From the NCBI GenBank assembly GCA_040007325.1, contig JBDTVF010000001.1:1-60374 (forward strand): 60,374 bases of DNA, in the 5' to 3' direction. A program made the translations under genes and the position numbers. Below the pieces are notes generated by a model, which saw nothing but the letters and a program-made list of their open reading frames with translations, made no database searches and was not told the DNA's origin. This document shows positions 41,565 to 50,728 of this stretch, in pieces; positions within the stretch are counted from its first letter, which is position 1, and every line of letters begins with the position of its first letter. Origin of the DNA: Ginsengibacter sp. GTDB taxonomy: Bacteria > Bacteroidota > Bacteroidia > Chitinophagales > Chitinophagaceae.

Positions 41565-42530
41565 ATGACAGAAATAAAACTTGCAAATCCTTTTAACCGG
41601 TTACCCCTGCAAAAAGTGGCCGAAGGTCTCATGGATAATGTCGGGAATTTGTTTCCATATAAAGAGGGTGCTTACCGTTTTGTGAAAGAGAATAATTATA
41701 CAGAGAACTTCGGTTTTCAATGGAACAAGTTTGTAACAGCACAGCTTGATAAGTCGACCAACATGCAATTAAGTCGTCAGCGTTTTTTTGCCGAGACAGG
41801 CTGGAACAAAGAAGACCTCACGGGTCAAAATGTATTGGAAGTTGGTTCCGGTGCCGGGCGATTTTCTCAAATAGTATTGGATCATACTAACGCTAATTTG
41901 TACAGTGTTGACTATTCAAATGCTGTAGAGGCAAACTTTAAAAATAATGGCCCGAGTAATCGGTTGCATTTATTCCAGGCAAGTGTGTATGACATGCCAT
42001 TTGAGAAAGGGCAATTTGATAAAGCCATTTGTATCGGCGTTTTGCAGCATACACCAGATGTAGAAAAAAGTGTGAAATGCATAATCGATATGGTAAAGCC
42101 GGGCGGTGAAGTTGTGGTTGACTTTTATGAAAAGAAAGGCTGGTGGACCAAATTGAGTGCGAAATATCTTTTAAGGTTTTATACAAAAAGACTAAGTAAT
42201 GAGAAGCTGTATAAAATCATTGATAAGAATATAGACTGGATGATTAAAGCCAACAGGTTTTTTTCAAAAATTGGAGTGGGTAAAATTGTAAATCGTTTTA
42301 TACCTCTCTGCGATATTGATGGAACATTGCCCAAAGATCTGCCCTATGCTCAATTAAGAGAGCTTTGTGTTTTGGATACATTCGATATGTTTTCACCGCA
42401 ATATGACCGTCCTCAGAAAATAAGCACGGTGATGAACTGGTTTAATAAATATGGCATGCAACAGGTGTGGGGCGGCAATGTTGTTTACGATCATTACACT
42501 GCAAGCGTGGTAAAAGGAATCAAAAGATAA
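41565..42530 (+). CDS. Class I SAM-dependent methyltransferase with Trm112-like N-terminus
   Basis: FGFQWNKF, VLEVGSGAGRF, IGVLQHTPD, LDTFDMFSP. Confidence 0.85.
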   Translation: MTEIKLANPFNRLPLQKVAEGLMDNVGNLFPYKEGAYRFVKENNYTENFGFQWNKFVTAQLDKSTNMQLSRQRFFAETGWNKEDLTGQNVLEVGSGAGRFSQIVLDHTNANLYSVDYSNAVEANFKNNGPSNRLHLFQASVYDMPFEKGQFDKAICIGVLQHTPDVEKSVKCIIDMVKPGGEVVVDFYEKKGWWTKLSAKYLLRFYTKRLSNEKLYKIIDKNIDWMIKANRFFSKIGVGKIVNRFIPLCDIDGTLPKDLPYAQLRELCVLDTFDMFSPQYDRPQKISTVMNWFNKYGMQQVWGGNVVYDHYTASVVKGIKR

Positions 42531-42548
42531 TTACTCATTAACTGTTCA

Positions 42549-43676
42549 ATGAAAAGAAAACTCATACATTTTATTTTTGATCTTGGCCGTGGCGGAGCAG
42601 AAACCATGATAGTAAGGGTGATTAAAGAACTGCCGGAGTATGAGCACATAATAGTTACACTGTTCCCTAAAAACCGTTTCGGAAAAGAGCTTGAATGCGA
42701 CAGACTAATTTGCCTGAATCTAAAATCTTTGTATTCCCTGCCTGCTTCTATTTTCAGGTTCAGAAGAATTGTAAATATTGAAAAACCTGACCTGGTTCAT
42801 ACTCATCTTTTTTGGCCCACTGTCATAGCTCGGATGAGCGTTCCAAAAAGAATTCCTCTTGTTACAACAATACATGCTTTCATCGCTTCGTCTCTTGAAT
42901 ACAAACATGCTCACATTCGTTTTTTAGATAGGCTTACTTATTGTTTAAGAAAAAACATAATCATTGTTGTCGCGAAAGGAGCACTTAAAGAATATTTTTC
43001 ATTCCTGAAATTGGAACCCTATAAAAGTTATAACCTGTATACTTTTGTAGATGTCAATCGATTTGATGCAAGCCAAGTTGCAGAAAAAAAGAAAGACCCT
43101 GTCTTTCGAATCATTTCTACAGGTGCTTTGCGGGCGCAGAAAAATTATTCTTTCTTAATAGATCAATTCAGTCATCTTAAAGATTTAAATATTGAATTGC
43201 ATATTTATGGATCAGGAAGTTTACGCAAAGAGCTGCAACAGCAGATAGATGAAACCGGAGCTAAAGTAATTTTAAAAGGAGAGGTAAGTAATCTTGAAAA
43301 AATATTACCAGGCTATGATTTATATGTTGCGTCCTCTAGCTTCGAGGGGTTTTCGTTGAGTGTGCTTGAAGCAATGGCAATGAAATTACCAATGCTTTTA
43401 AGCGATATTGAATCATTCAGGGAACAGTGCCAAGACACGGCTGTATATTTTGACCTTACTGCTAAGGAAGAATTTATACAACGCCTTAATGAACTCATAG
43501 CTGATGAGCAAAAACGAAAAGAGCTTTCCGAAAAAGGTTATGAAAGAGTAATGCAAAATTTTACTCTTACTAATCATGTCTCTCAGCTAAAAAATATTTA
43601 CAACGAAACTTTATCGTACGAGACTAAGGATGATTTTCAAGCTGGAAAGAATTTAACTTATATATTCAATGAATAA
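42549..43676 (+). CDS. Glycosyltransferase family 4
   Basis: LGRGGAE, VHTHL, SSFEGFSLSVLEAMA. Confidence 0.9.
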   Translation: MKRKLIHFIFDLGRGGAETMIVRVIKELPEYEHIIVTLFPKNRFGKELECDRLICLNLKSLYSLPASIFRFRRIVNIEKPDLVHTHLFWPTVIARMSVPKRIPLVTTIHAFIASSLEYKHAHIRFLDRLTYCLRKNIIIVVAKGALKEYFSFLKLEPYKSYNLYTFVDVNRFDASQVAEKKKDPVFRIISTGALRAQKNYSFLIDQFSHLKDLNIELHIYGSGSLRKELQQQIDETGAKVILKGEVSNLEKILPGYDLYVASSSFEGFSLSVLEAMAMKLPMLLSDIESFREQCQDTAVYFDLTAKEEFIQRLNELIADEQKRKELSEKGYERVMQNFTLTNHVSQLKNIYNETLSYETKDDFQAGKNLTYIFNE

Positions 43677-43684
43677 ACTTATGT

Positions 43685-45571
43685 ATGTGCGGCATCGCTG
43701 GCTATATTGCTATCAATAAATCTATTAAAACAGAGCAACTCTGTAAGGCTACTGGTACTATAAAGCATAGGGGACCGGATGCTGAAGGATTTTATTTTTC
43801 TTCCGATGACAAAGTTGGGCTGGCACACAGACGTCTGTCAATTTTAGATCTTTCAGAGTCTGCGAATCAGCCGATGATCTCTGCGGATGATAGATATGTG
43901 ATAGTTTTTAATGGCGAAGTTTACAATTTTAAAGAACTTAAAAAAGAGCTTAAAGATAAAGGCGCTTCTTTAAAAACAACTTCTGATACGGAAGTGATTC
44001 TTCAATTATTTGCACAGGAAGGCGTGGATAGTTTTAGAAAGCTGAATGGCATGTTTGCCTTCGCTATTTATGATAAGGAAAGTAAAATGCTCACTCTTTG
44101 TCGTGACCATGCCGGGATAAAGCCGCTGTTTATTTACTACAATCAAAGCGAAATTATCTTTTCTTCGGAACTGAAAGTGATCAGTTCTATTAAAGAAAAA
44201 GAATTGACTTTAAACAAAAAATCAATTCCACTTTTTTTGCATTTAGGATTTATTCCTCACCCATTTACCATTTACAAGGAAGTCTCAAAATTTCCTGCAG
44301 CTCATTATTTACAGATCGACTGTACGCAAAATAATTTTAATGACATAACTAAGAACTTTTCTCCTTTCTGGTCGCTGGAAGACAAACTCGCACCGCAAAC
44401 TTTTAAACATGAAGGAGAAGCAAGACAAATACTTAGCGATCTTTTAATTGACTCGGTTGAAAAACAATTAGTGAGTGATGTTCCCATTGGAACTTTTTTA
44501 AGCGGAGGTGTCGACAGCAGTCTTGTTACGGCGATAGCGGCAAAAAGACACAGCAAAAAAATAAGTTCATTCAGCATTGCAATAGATGATGGTAAATATA
44601 ACGAATCAAAATACGCTTCATTAGTTGCTAAAAACCTGGGAACAGATCATCATGTTTTCAATGTGAAAGAAAAAGAAGTGATGGAATTAATAAACGACTT
44701 TCTTCCCGCATATGATGAACCTTTTGCGGATTCATCTGCATTGCCAACGATGATGGTTAGCAAAATGGCGAGAAAACATGTGACGGTTGCACTAAGCGGT
44801 GATGGCGGCGATGAATTGTTTATGGGTTACGGTGCGTACAATTGGGCTAAAACACTTAACAAAAAATGGATTCCTTTCGTAAAGGAACCTTTGCATGCCG
44901 TATCCGAATTTATGAGCGGAAAATATAAGCGTGCCGGTAATCTTTTTGCGTTTGACGGTAAGGAAAATTTAAAGTCTCACATTTTTTCGCAGGAGCAATA
45001 TTTTTTTAGTGAGAATGAATTGTCTGATGTACTTGTGCACAGTGACTTTGATTTTAAAAATCAGAATTATTCCCATTCACTAAAAAGGCAAATGTATCCA
45101 CAGGAAGAACAGGCACTTTGGGATTTTAAATATTATTTACCGGATGATCTCCTGGTAAAAGTGGATCGGGCGAGTATGCGGCATTCACTTGAGATCAGGG
45201 TTCCGTTACTGGATTATCGAATTATAGAATTTGCATTTAACCTTGATAGTGATCTTAAAATTAAGGGAAGCCAAATGAAATATCTTCTAAAGGAAGTCTT
45301 GTACGAATACCTTCCGAAGGAAATATTTGAAAGACCTAAATGGGGCTTTAGCATACCGCTAAAAAAATGGTTAAAAACTGATCTTAATTTTCTTATTGAA
45401 AAATTTACTTGCAAGAGTGTTATTGAAAAATATTCCGTGCTTCGCTTTGATAAAGTAGAGAAGATCAAAATGAAATATTTCGGAGGTGACGACTATTTGT
45501 TTAATAGGCTTTGGGTGATCATAGTTTTACATTGGTGGTTGGAAGAAAATTTTAAATCAGCTAATGACTAA
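43685..45571 (+). CDS. asnB: Asparagine synthase (glutamine-hydrolysing)-family amidotransferase
   Basis: MCGIAG, HRGPD, FNGEVYN, LSGGVDSS, SGDGGDELF, KVDRASM. Confidence 0.92.
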   Translation: MCGIAGYIAINKSIKTEQLCKATGTIKHRGPDAEGFYFSSDDKVGLAHRRLSILDLSESANQPMISADDRYVIVFNGEVYNFKELKKELKDKGASLKTTSDTEVILQLFAQEGVDSFRKLNGMFAFAIYDKESKMLTLCRDHAGIKPLFIYYNQSEIIFSSELKVISSIKEKELTLNKKSIPLFLHLGFIPHPFTIYKEVSKFPAAHYLQIDCTQNNFNDITKNFSPFWSLEDKLAPQTFKHEGEARQILSDLLIDSVEKQLVSDVPIGTFLSGGVDSSLVTAIAAKRHSKKISSFSIAIDDGKYNESKYASLVAKNLGTDHHVFNVKEKEVMELINDFLPAYDEPFADSSALPTMMVSKMARKHVTVALSGDGGDELFMGYGAYNWAKTLNKKWIPFVKEPLHAVSEFMSGKYKRAGNLFAFDGKENLKSHIFSQEQYFFSENELSDVLVHSDFDFKNQNYSHSLKRQMYPQEEQALWDFKYYLPDDLLVKVDRASMRHSLEIRVPLLDYRIIEFAFNLDSDLKIKGSQMKYLLKEVLYEYLPKEIFERPKWGFSIPLKKWLKTDLNFLIEKFTCKSVIEKYSVLRFDKVEKIKMKYFGGDDYLFNRLWVIIVLHWWLEENFKSAND

Positions 45572-46841
45572 ATCAAAAAATATCCTTTTCATTTCTTACG
45601 ATGGAATGACTGATCCGCTAGGTCAGAGCCAGGTGATTCCATATCTTGCCGGGCTTTCGGCGCACGGATATAGCTTTACAATCTTAAGTTGCGAAAAGCC
45701 CGAAAAATTTCGCCTCTACGAGAAAAATATCTGTCAACTTCTTAAGTCGCATAAGATAAAATGGGTGCCCATTCGGTATCATAAAAAGCCTCCGGTTGTA
45801 TCATCAGTTTATGATGTAATGATGCTTATGCGGAAAGCGAAACAACTTCATCGTGTTGAAAATTTCGATATGGTGCATACACGGGCCGGCATCCCTTCAC
45901 TGGTTGGGCTTTGGATGAAAAAAAGTTTTGGGTTAAAATTTATGCATGATATACGCGAGTTTTATGCCGAGAGCCGGATTGATGCCGGGTTGTGGAACAA
46001 GGGTAATTTCTTTTATAGGCAGGTATATAATTTTTTTAAGACAAAAGAAATTGACGAGATAAAACATTGCGATGGAATTGTATGCCTCACGTATGCAGCT
46101 AAAAGGATCATAAAAACATGGGCGCCTTATAGCACTGATATACCTATTGAAGTAATACCATGTAGTGTAGATATAAATTTATTCGATCCTGATTCCATTT
46201 CTGCCGAAAAAAAGACGCGGGCTAAAAAGGAGTTAAATATTAAAGATGGCGATCTCGTCATAAGTTATCTTGGGTCACTTGGTGGCTGGTATCTTACGGA
46301 GGAGATGTTAAGTTTCTGCGAGATTATTCTCGATAAGATTCCCACTTCGAAGTTTTTATTCATCACCCCTCATTCTAAAGAAACTATTCTGGCTGCAGCT
46401 AATAAGTTTAACATCCCAGCCAATAATATAATTGTGCAACATGCGCAACGTAATGAAGTGCCTTTATTGCTTTCATTAAGCGATTATTCGATATTTTTCA
46501 TTAAGCGTTGCTATTCCAAACAATCTTCCTCGCCTACAAAGCATGGTGAGATCATGGCTATGGGGATCCCTGTGATTACTAATTCCGGAGTAGGAGATGT
46601 GGCGGATATTGTTGCAAAATACGAGTCGGGAATTATCCTGACGGAATTATCATCTCAGGAATTCAATAATGTTGCGGGAACCATATCTGAAAATTTTTAT
46701 TCAGGCAGTATGCGAACAAATAGAAGCGAAACAAGGTTGGCGGCAATTGAATATTATGATTTGGAAAAAGCAATTTTGAAATATATAAGGATGTATGATA
46801 AAATCTTAAATCGGCAAATGCTGTTTCAGAATGCGGATTGA
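45564..46841 (+). CDS. Glycosyltransferase (GT4/GT-B)
   Basis: SYDGMTDPLGQSQV, YLGSLGGWY, SSPTKHGEIMAMGIPV. Confidence 0.85.
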   Translation: MTKSKNILFISYDGMTDPLGQSQVIPYLAGLSAHGYSFTILSCEKPEKFRLYEKNICQLLKSHKIKWVPIRYHKKPPVVSSVYDVMMLMRKAKQLHRVENFDMVHTRAGIPSLVGLWMKKSFGLKFMHDIREFYAESRIDAGLWNKGNFFYRQVYNFFKTKEIDEIKHCDGIVCLTYAAKRIIKTWAPYSTDIPIEVIPCSVDINLFDPDSISAEKKTRAKKELNIKDGDLVISYLGSLGGWYLTEEMLSFCEIILDKIPTSKFLFITPHSKETILAAANKFNIPANNIIVQHAQRNEVPLLLSLSDYSIFFIKRCYSKQSSSPTKHGEIMAMGIPVITNSGVGDVADIVAKYESGIILTELSSQEFNNVAGTISENFYSGSMRTNRSETRLAAIEYYDLEKAILKYIRMYDKILNRQMLFQNAD

Positions 46842-46915
46842 ATTGCAAATAAATATTGTTCTCTGAATGTATGCCGTATGGATAATTAGTAAAGGGATTT
46901 CTAATCATAAACAAA

Positions 46916-48082
46916 GTGATGACCTCAAATTTTCTTATCGTTGGAGCTGGCTTCTCGGGTGCTGTATTGGCACACCGGCTTGCAGAATTATTGCCTGAAA
47001 GTAATATAGAAGTATGGGAAGAGAAATCACATGTTGCCGGTAACTGTTTTACAGAAAGAGATAAAGAAACCGGAGTGATGGTTCATAAATATGGTCCTCA
47101 CATTTTCAATACAGACAAAAAAGAGATTTGGGATTTCGTGAATGAATTTATAGAGTTACGGCCTTTTGCTCATAAAGTAAAAGCCATCAGCAATGGCAAG
47201 ATTTTTTCAATGCCGGTAAACCTGCATACGATTAATCAATTTTTCGAAAAAACTTTAAATCCCGAAGAAGCCAAAACGTTCATTGGGTCAAAAGCTGATC
47301 GAAATATTAATGAGCCAAAGAATTTCGAGGAGCAGGCATTGAAATTTATTGGCAGCGAACTTTATCAAACTTTTTTTTATGGCTACACAAAAAAGCAGTG
47401 GGGTTGTGAACCACGGGAGCTGCCGGCTTCGATCCTGAAAAGATTGCCGGTTCGATTCACCTACGAAGATAGCTACTACAATAACCCTTACGTAGGTACA
47501 CCTGTTGAAGGTTACACAGTGTTTGTTGAGAAACTGCTTAATAAAAAAAATATCAAAACTATATTGTCGAAAAAATATAAACCTTCAGATGAAACTTTAT
47601 CATTTGATCATATTTTTTTTACGGGCCCTATAGATGCTTTTTTTAACTATCGTTTTGGAAGATTAGGTTATCGTACAGTTACCTTCGAACCTATCTATGA
47701 TACAGGCGACTACCAGGGCACAGCTGTAATAAATTATTGCGATGAAGCAGTTAAGCATACCCGAATTACAGAGCACAAGCATTTCGCGCCATGGGAAAAG
47801 CATGATAAAACAATTTGTTTTAAAGAATTCAGTAAAGAGACTTCAGCAACTGATATACCTTTTTATCCCAAAAGATTGCTAAAGGATAAACAACTATTAT
47901 CATGTTATCGAAGCGAAGCGGAACAATTAGAAAAAGTCTCTTTTCTTGGCAGGCTCGCCACGTATAGATATATGGATATGCATCACGTTATAGGTGAAGC
48001 ACTTCATTTCGCTGAAAAATTTTGCCATGACCTTTCGCATAGTCTCAAACTTCCTGTTTTTCCAAATATAGAAGAAGTATAA
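46916..48082 (+). CDS. glf: UDP-galactopyranose mutase
   Basis: IVGAGFSGAV, HKYGPHIFNT, YTKKQWG, RITEHKHF, GRLATYRYMDM. Confidence 0.95.
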   Translation: MMTSNFLIVGAGFSGAVLAHRLAELLPESNIEVWEEKSHVAGNCFTERDKETGVMVHKYGPHIFNTDKKEIWDFVNEFIELRPFAHKVKAISNGKIFSMPVNLHTINQFFEKTLNPEEAKTFIGSKADRNINEPKNFEEQALKFIGSELYQTFFYGYTKKQWGCEPRELPASILKRLPVRFTYEDSYYNNPYVGTPVEGYTVFVEKLLNKKNIKTILSKKYKPSDETLSFDHIFFTGPIDAFFNYRFGRLGYRTVTFEPIYDTGDYQGTAVINYCDEAVKHTRITEHKHFAPWEKHDKTICFKEFSKETSATDIPFYPKRLLKDKQLLSCYRSEAEQLEKVSFLGRLATYRYMDMHHVIGEALHFAEKFCHDLSHSLKLPVFPNIEEV

Positions 48083-48234
48083 TCACGTGATTTAACTTTT
48101 CTCCCCAATCATAAAAAAATACTATCACGCCTTCGTAAAGTCCGTAAAGCGCTTAGTTAAATTACAATAACAGTCAGGGTTTCGCGTTAGTAAATAGGTA
48201 AATCCAAATCTATTAAAACCAAACTGAGTGCCCT

Positions 48235-49215
48235 ATGGACAAGGTTATCGCAGTGGTTGTTACTTACAACCGCGTGCAGTTACTTTCCCAATGTATTACT
48301 GCCTTAAGAAATCAAACCCGCAAAATTGACCAGATTCTCGTAATAAATAATGGAAGTACTGATAGTACTGAAGAATGGTTACGTGAGCAGGAAGATGTTG
48401 ATTTCATCACACAAAAAAATGTCGGAGGCGCTGGCGGTTTTCATACCGGAATTAAGACTGCCTTCGAAAAAAAATATAGTTGGATATGGGTAATGGATGA
48501 TGATGGCTTTCCGAAAGAAGATGCACTTGAGAAACTGCTTGAAGATGATCATGAAGAATTATGCCTTCGTAACTGTGCGGTAATTAATAAAGATGACAAA
48601 GAAAGTTTTGTGTGGAAAACAGGAGATTTCGCTACAATAGGTGAGGTTGACAGCAATGTTATTAAGAATGTAGCACATCCTTTTAACGGAACTCTTTTGC
48701 ATAGAAAAATTATCGAAAGAGTCGGTTTACCTCAGGCAAATTTGTTTTTGTGGGGCGATGAAACCGAATACCTCTACCGGATAGTTATTAAAAACAAAAT
48801 TCCATTTTATACTAAGACAACTAGTATTCATTATCATCCGGCTTGTGCTTATTCTTATAAAAATGATTGGGCTTTTAGCAGTAACTGGAAGATGTATTAT
48901 TACGTGCGTAACAGGTTTTACATCTTACAAACCAAGTTTAGTCAAAGCATTTTACTTGCATACGCCATGTATTTAGTTTTCTTAGTTGCTTTTGCAGGCA
49001 CTATCATTGTTTTTCAAAAGACAAACAAATTCCAGAAACTTGGTTTCATCTTATGGCCCGTGAAGGATGCCTTAGTCAATAATTGCGACGCCACACCACA
49101 AGTGATTTTGCAAAAGCTCTCAGCATCACCAAATGGAATAGGGAATTATATATTTTATCGACTCAAAGTATTAACAGGAGTTTTTTCACAACCCGCTTCA
49201 TCATCCCTACAGTGA
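48235..49215 (+). CDS. Glycosyltransferase family 2 (galactofuranosyl/rhamnosyl-transferase-like)
   Basis: AVVVTYNR, NVGGAGGF, WVMDDD, FLWGDETEY, YYYVRN; follows glf. Confidence 0.85.
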   Translation: MDKVIAVVVTYNRVQLLSQCITALRNQTRKIDQILVINNGSTDSTEEWLREQEDVDFITQKNVGGAGGFHTGIKTAFEKKYSWIWVMDDDGFPKEDALEKLLEDDHEELCLRNCAVINKDDKESFVWKTGDFATIGEVDSNVIKNVAHPFNGTLLHRKIIERVGLPQANLFLWGDETEYLYRIVIKNKIPFYTKTTSIHYHPACAYSYKNDWAFSSNWKMYYYVRNRFYILQTKFSQSILLAYAMYLVFLVAFAGTIIVFQKTNKFQKLGFILWPVKDALVNNCDATPQVILQKLSASPNGIGNYIFYRLKVLTGVFSQPASSSLQ

Positions 49216-49262
49216 TAAAGAATGGTGGTATTTCAATAACACATGAACAAATCTAATCTTCG

Positions 49263-50642
49263 ATGGACTATGGTGATTTAATTTTATTTCCTCTCTTTGT
49301 CATTTTATCCAGTGTCTTCTTCAGAAGAATAAGAAATAAGTATGATAATCCAATACTAAGGAAGTATCACAAGCAAGGTTTTTGGATTAAAATGCTGGGT
49401 TGTCTTGCGTTTACAATATTTAGTGTATACCTGTCACCTGGTGATTCCACCGGCTTGTATCAAACCGAGGGTAATAATCTTTACCATCTCATTTTACAAG
49501 ATTCTCATAACCTCAATATTATTTTTAGTAAGGGTAAAGAGTTTGATGAGATGTTGCTTAAGGATCCAAGAAATGGGGGATATTTCAGGTCTGAAGCAAA
49601 CTTTATGGTGGCAAGATTTGTCACCCTTTTATCTTTCATATCGTTTGGTCGATATGCGGCGATCAATGTGATTTTCGCCTGTATTGCTTTTAGCGGTATG
49701 TGGAAGTTGTTCTTGTTTTTTTACGAGCAATATCCGCATATGCATAAAAAGTTTGCAATTGGTATCTTATATTTTCCCACGTTAGTATTTTGGAGTTCCG
49801 GTATTTTAAAAGATACACTTTGCATTGCATCAATAGGTTGGGTCACCTATTCGGTTTATGAGATGCTTTACCGAAAGAAAAGCTTTATCAAAAATATGAT
49901 CATCCTTTTTGCCTTCGGCTATCTTTTGGCGATACTTAAAGTTTACATCCTCATTTCTTACTTACCTTTTTTTGTCTTATTTATAATTCTTAAAAACATA
50001 CAGGGAATACAAAATCGGCTGCTTAAATATTTGCTTGCGCCGGCCTTGATTATTGGAAGCATGTATGGTTTTACGATAGTTCTTGATTCTTATAACCAGG
50101 AGCTCGGAGCTTACGCCGTGGACGATCTTACTAAAAGTATCCAGCATTTAAATGGTGCTTTTTCTTCAATGGATGGGAGCGAAACTGCCGACTCGAATTT
50201 TGATCTGGGAGTGGAATTTGATGGAACTTTCAGCGGTCTTTTGAGGATGGCTCCGATAGCGATCTTCACTACTTTTTTTAGGCCTTTCTTGTGGGAATCT
50301 CACAAACTGTCTTCCATACTCGCCTCGGTAGAAAGCTTTATACTTCTGTTCTTTACATTTTATGTAATTGTCAGGAGCGGTATTAAAACATTTTTAAAAT
50401 TGATTTTATCTGATCCGTTAATCATGTACTGTTTTCTTTTTTCTCTCGTGTTTGCACTCTTTGTGGGAGCTAGTACATTAAATTTTGGGACATTGGTTAG
50501 GTATAAAATTCCTTGCCTGCCTTTCTATGCAATTTCACTTTTCCTCATATTTGAGAAGGTAAAAGAAAAAGTATCAAGGAAAAAAGAGAAAATAGCAAAC
50601 GTCGTAAAAGCTTCTCAAATTGCTTTAGTACCTGCGATGTAG
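49263..50642 (+). CDS. Polytopic membrane protein, possible GT-C / polymerase-like
   Basis: About 10 TM helices, GDSTGLY loop, PTLVFWSSGILKD, FRPFLWE, NFGTLVRYK. Confidence 0.55.
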   Translation: MDYGDLILFPLFVILSSVFFRRIRNKYDNPILRKYHKQGFWIKMLGCLAFTIFSVYLSPGDSTGLYQTEGNNLYHLILQDSHNLNIIFSKGKEFDEMLLKDPRNGGYFRSEANFMVARFVTLLSFISFGRYAAINVIFACIAFSGMWKLFLFFYEQYPHMHKKFAIGILYFPTLVFWSSGILKDTLCIASIGWVTYSVYEMLYRKKSFIKNMIILFAFGYLLAILKVYILISYLPFFVLFIILKNIQGIQNRLLKYLLAPALIIGSMYGFTIVLDSYNQELGAYAVDDLTKSIQHLNGAFSSMDGSETADSNFDLGVEFDGTFSGLLRMAPIAIFTTFFRPFLWESHKLSSILASVESFILLFFTFYVIVRSGIKTFLKLILSDPLIMYCFLFSLVFALFVGASTLNFGTLVRYKIPCLPFYAISLFLIFEKVKEKVSRKKEKIANVVKASQIALVPAM

Positions 50643-50728
50643 CTCCATCAAAGACTATGGCAATAGCTTTTGTGTTTTTGAATCACGAAGAATAAGGTTA
50701 TTTTGCGCGTTAAAAACCTCCAGAAATA

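Noticed and set aside
27338-42530. Methyltransferases as a restriction-modification or anti-phage system
   Set aside because: No DPPY/NPPY or PC catalytic motifs and no nuclease partner were seen; the motifs match small-molecule or sugar methyltransferases.
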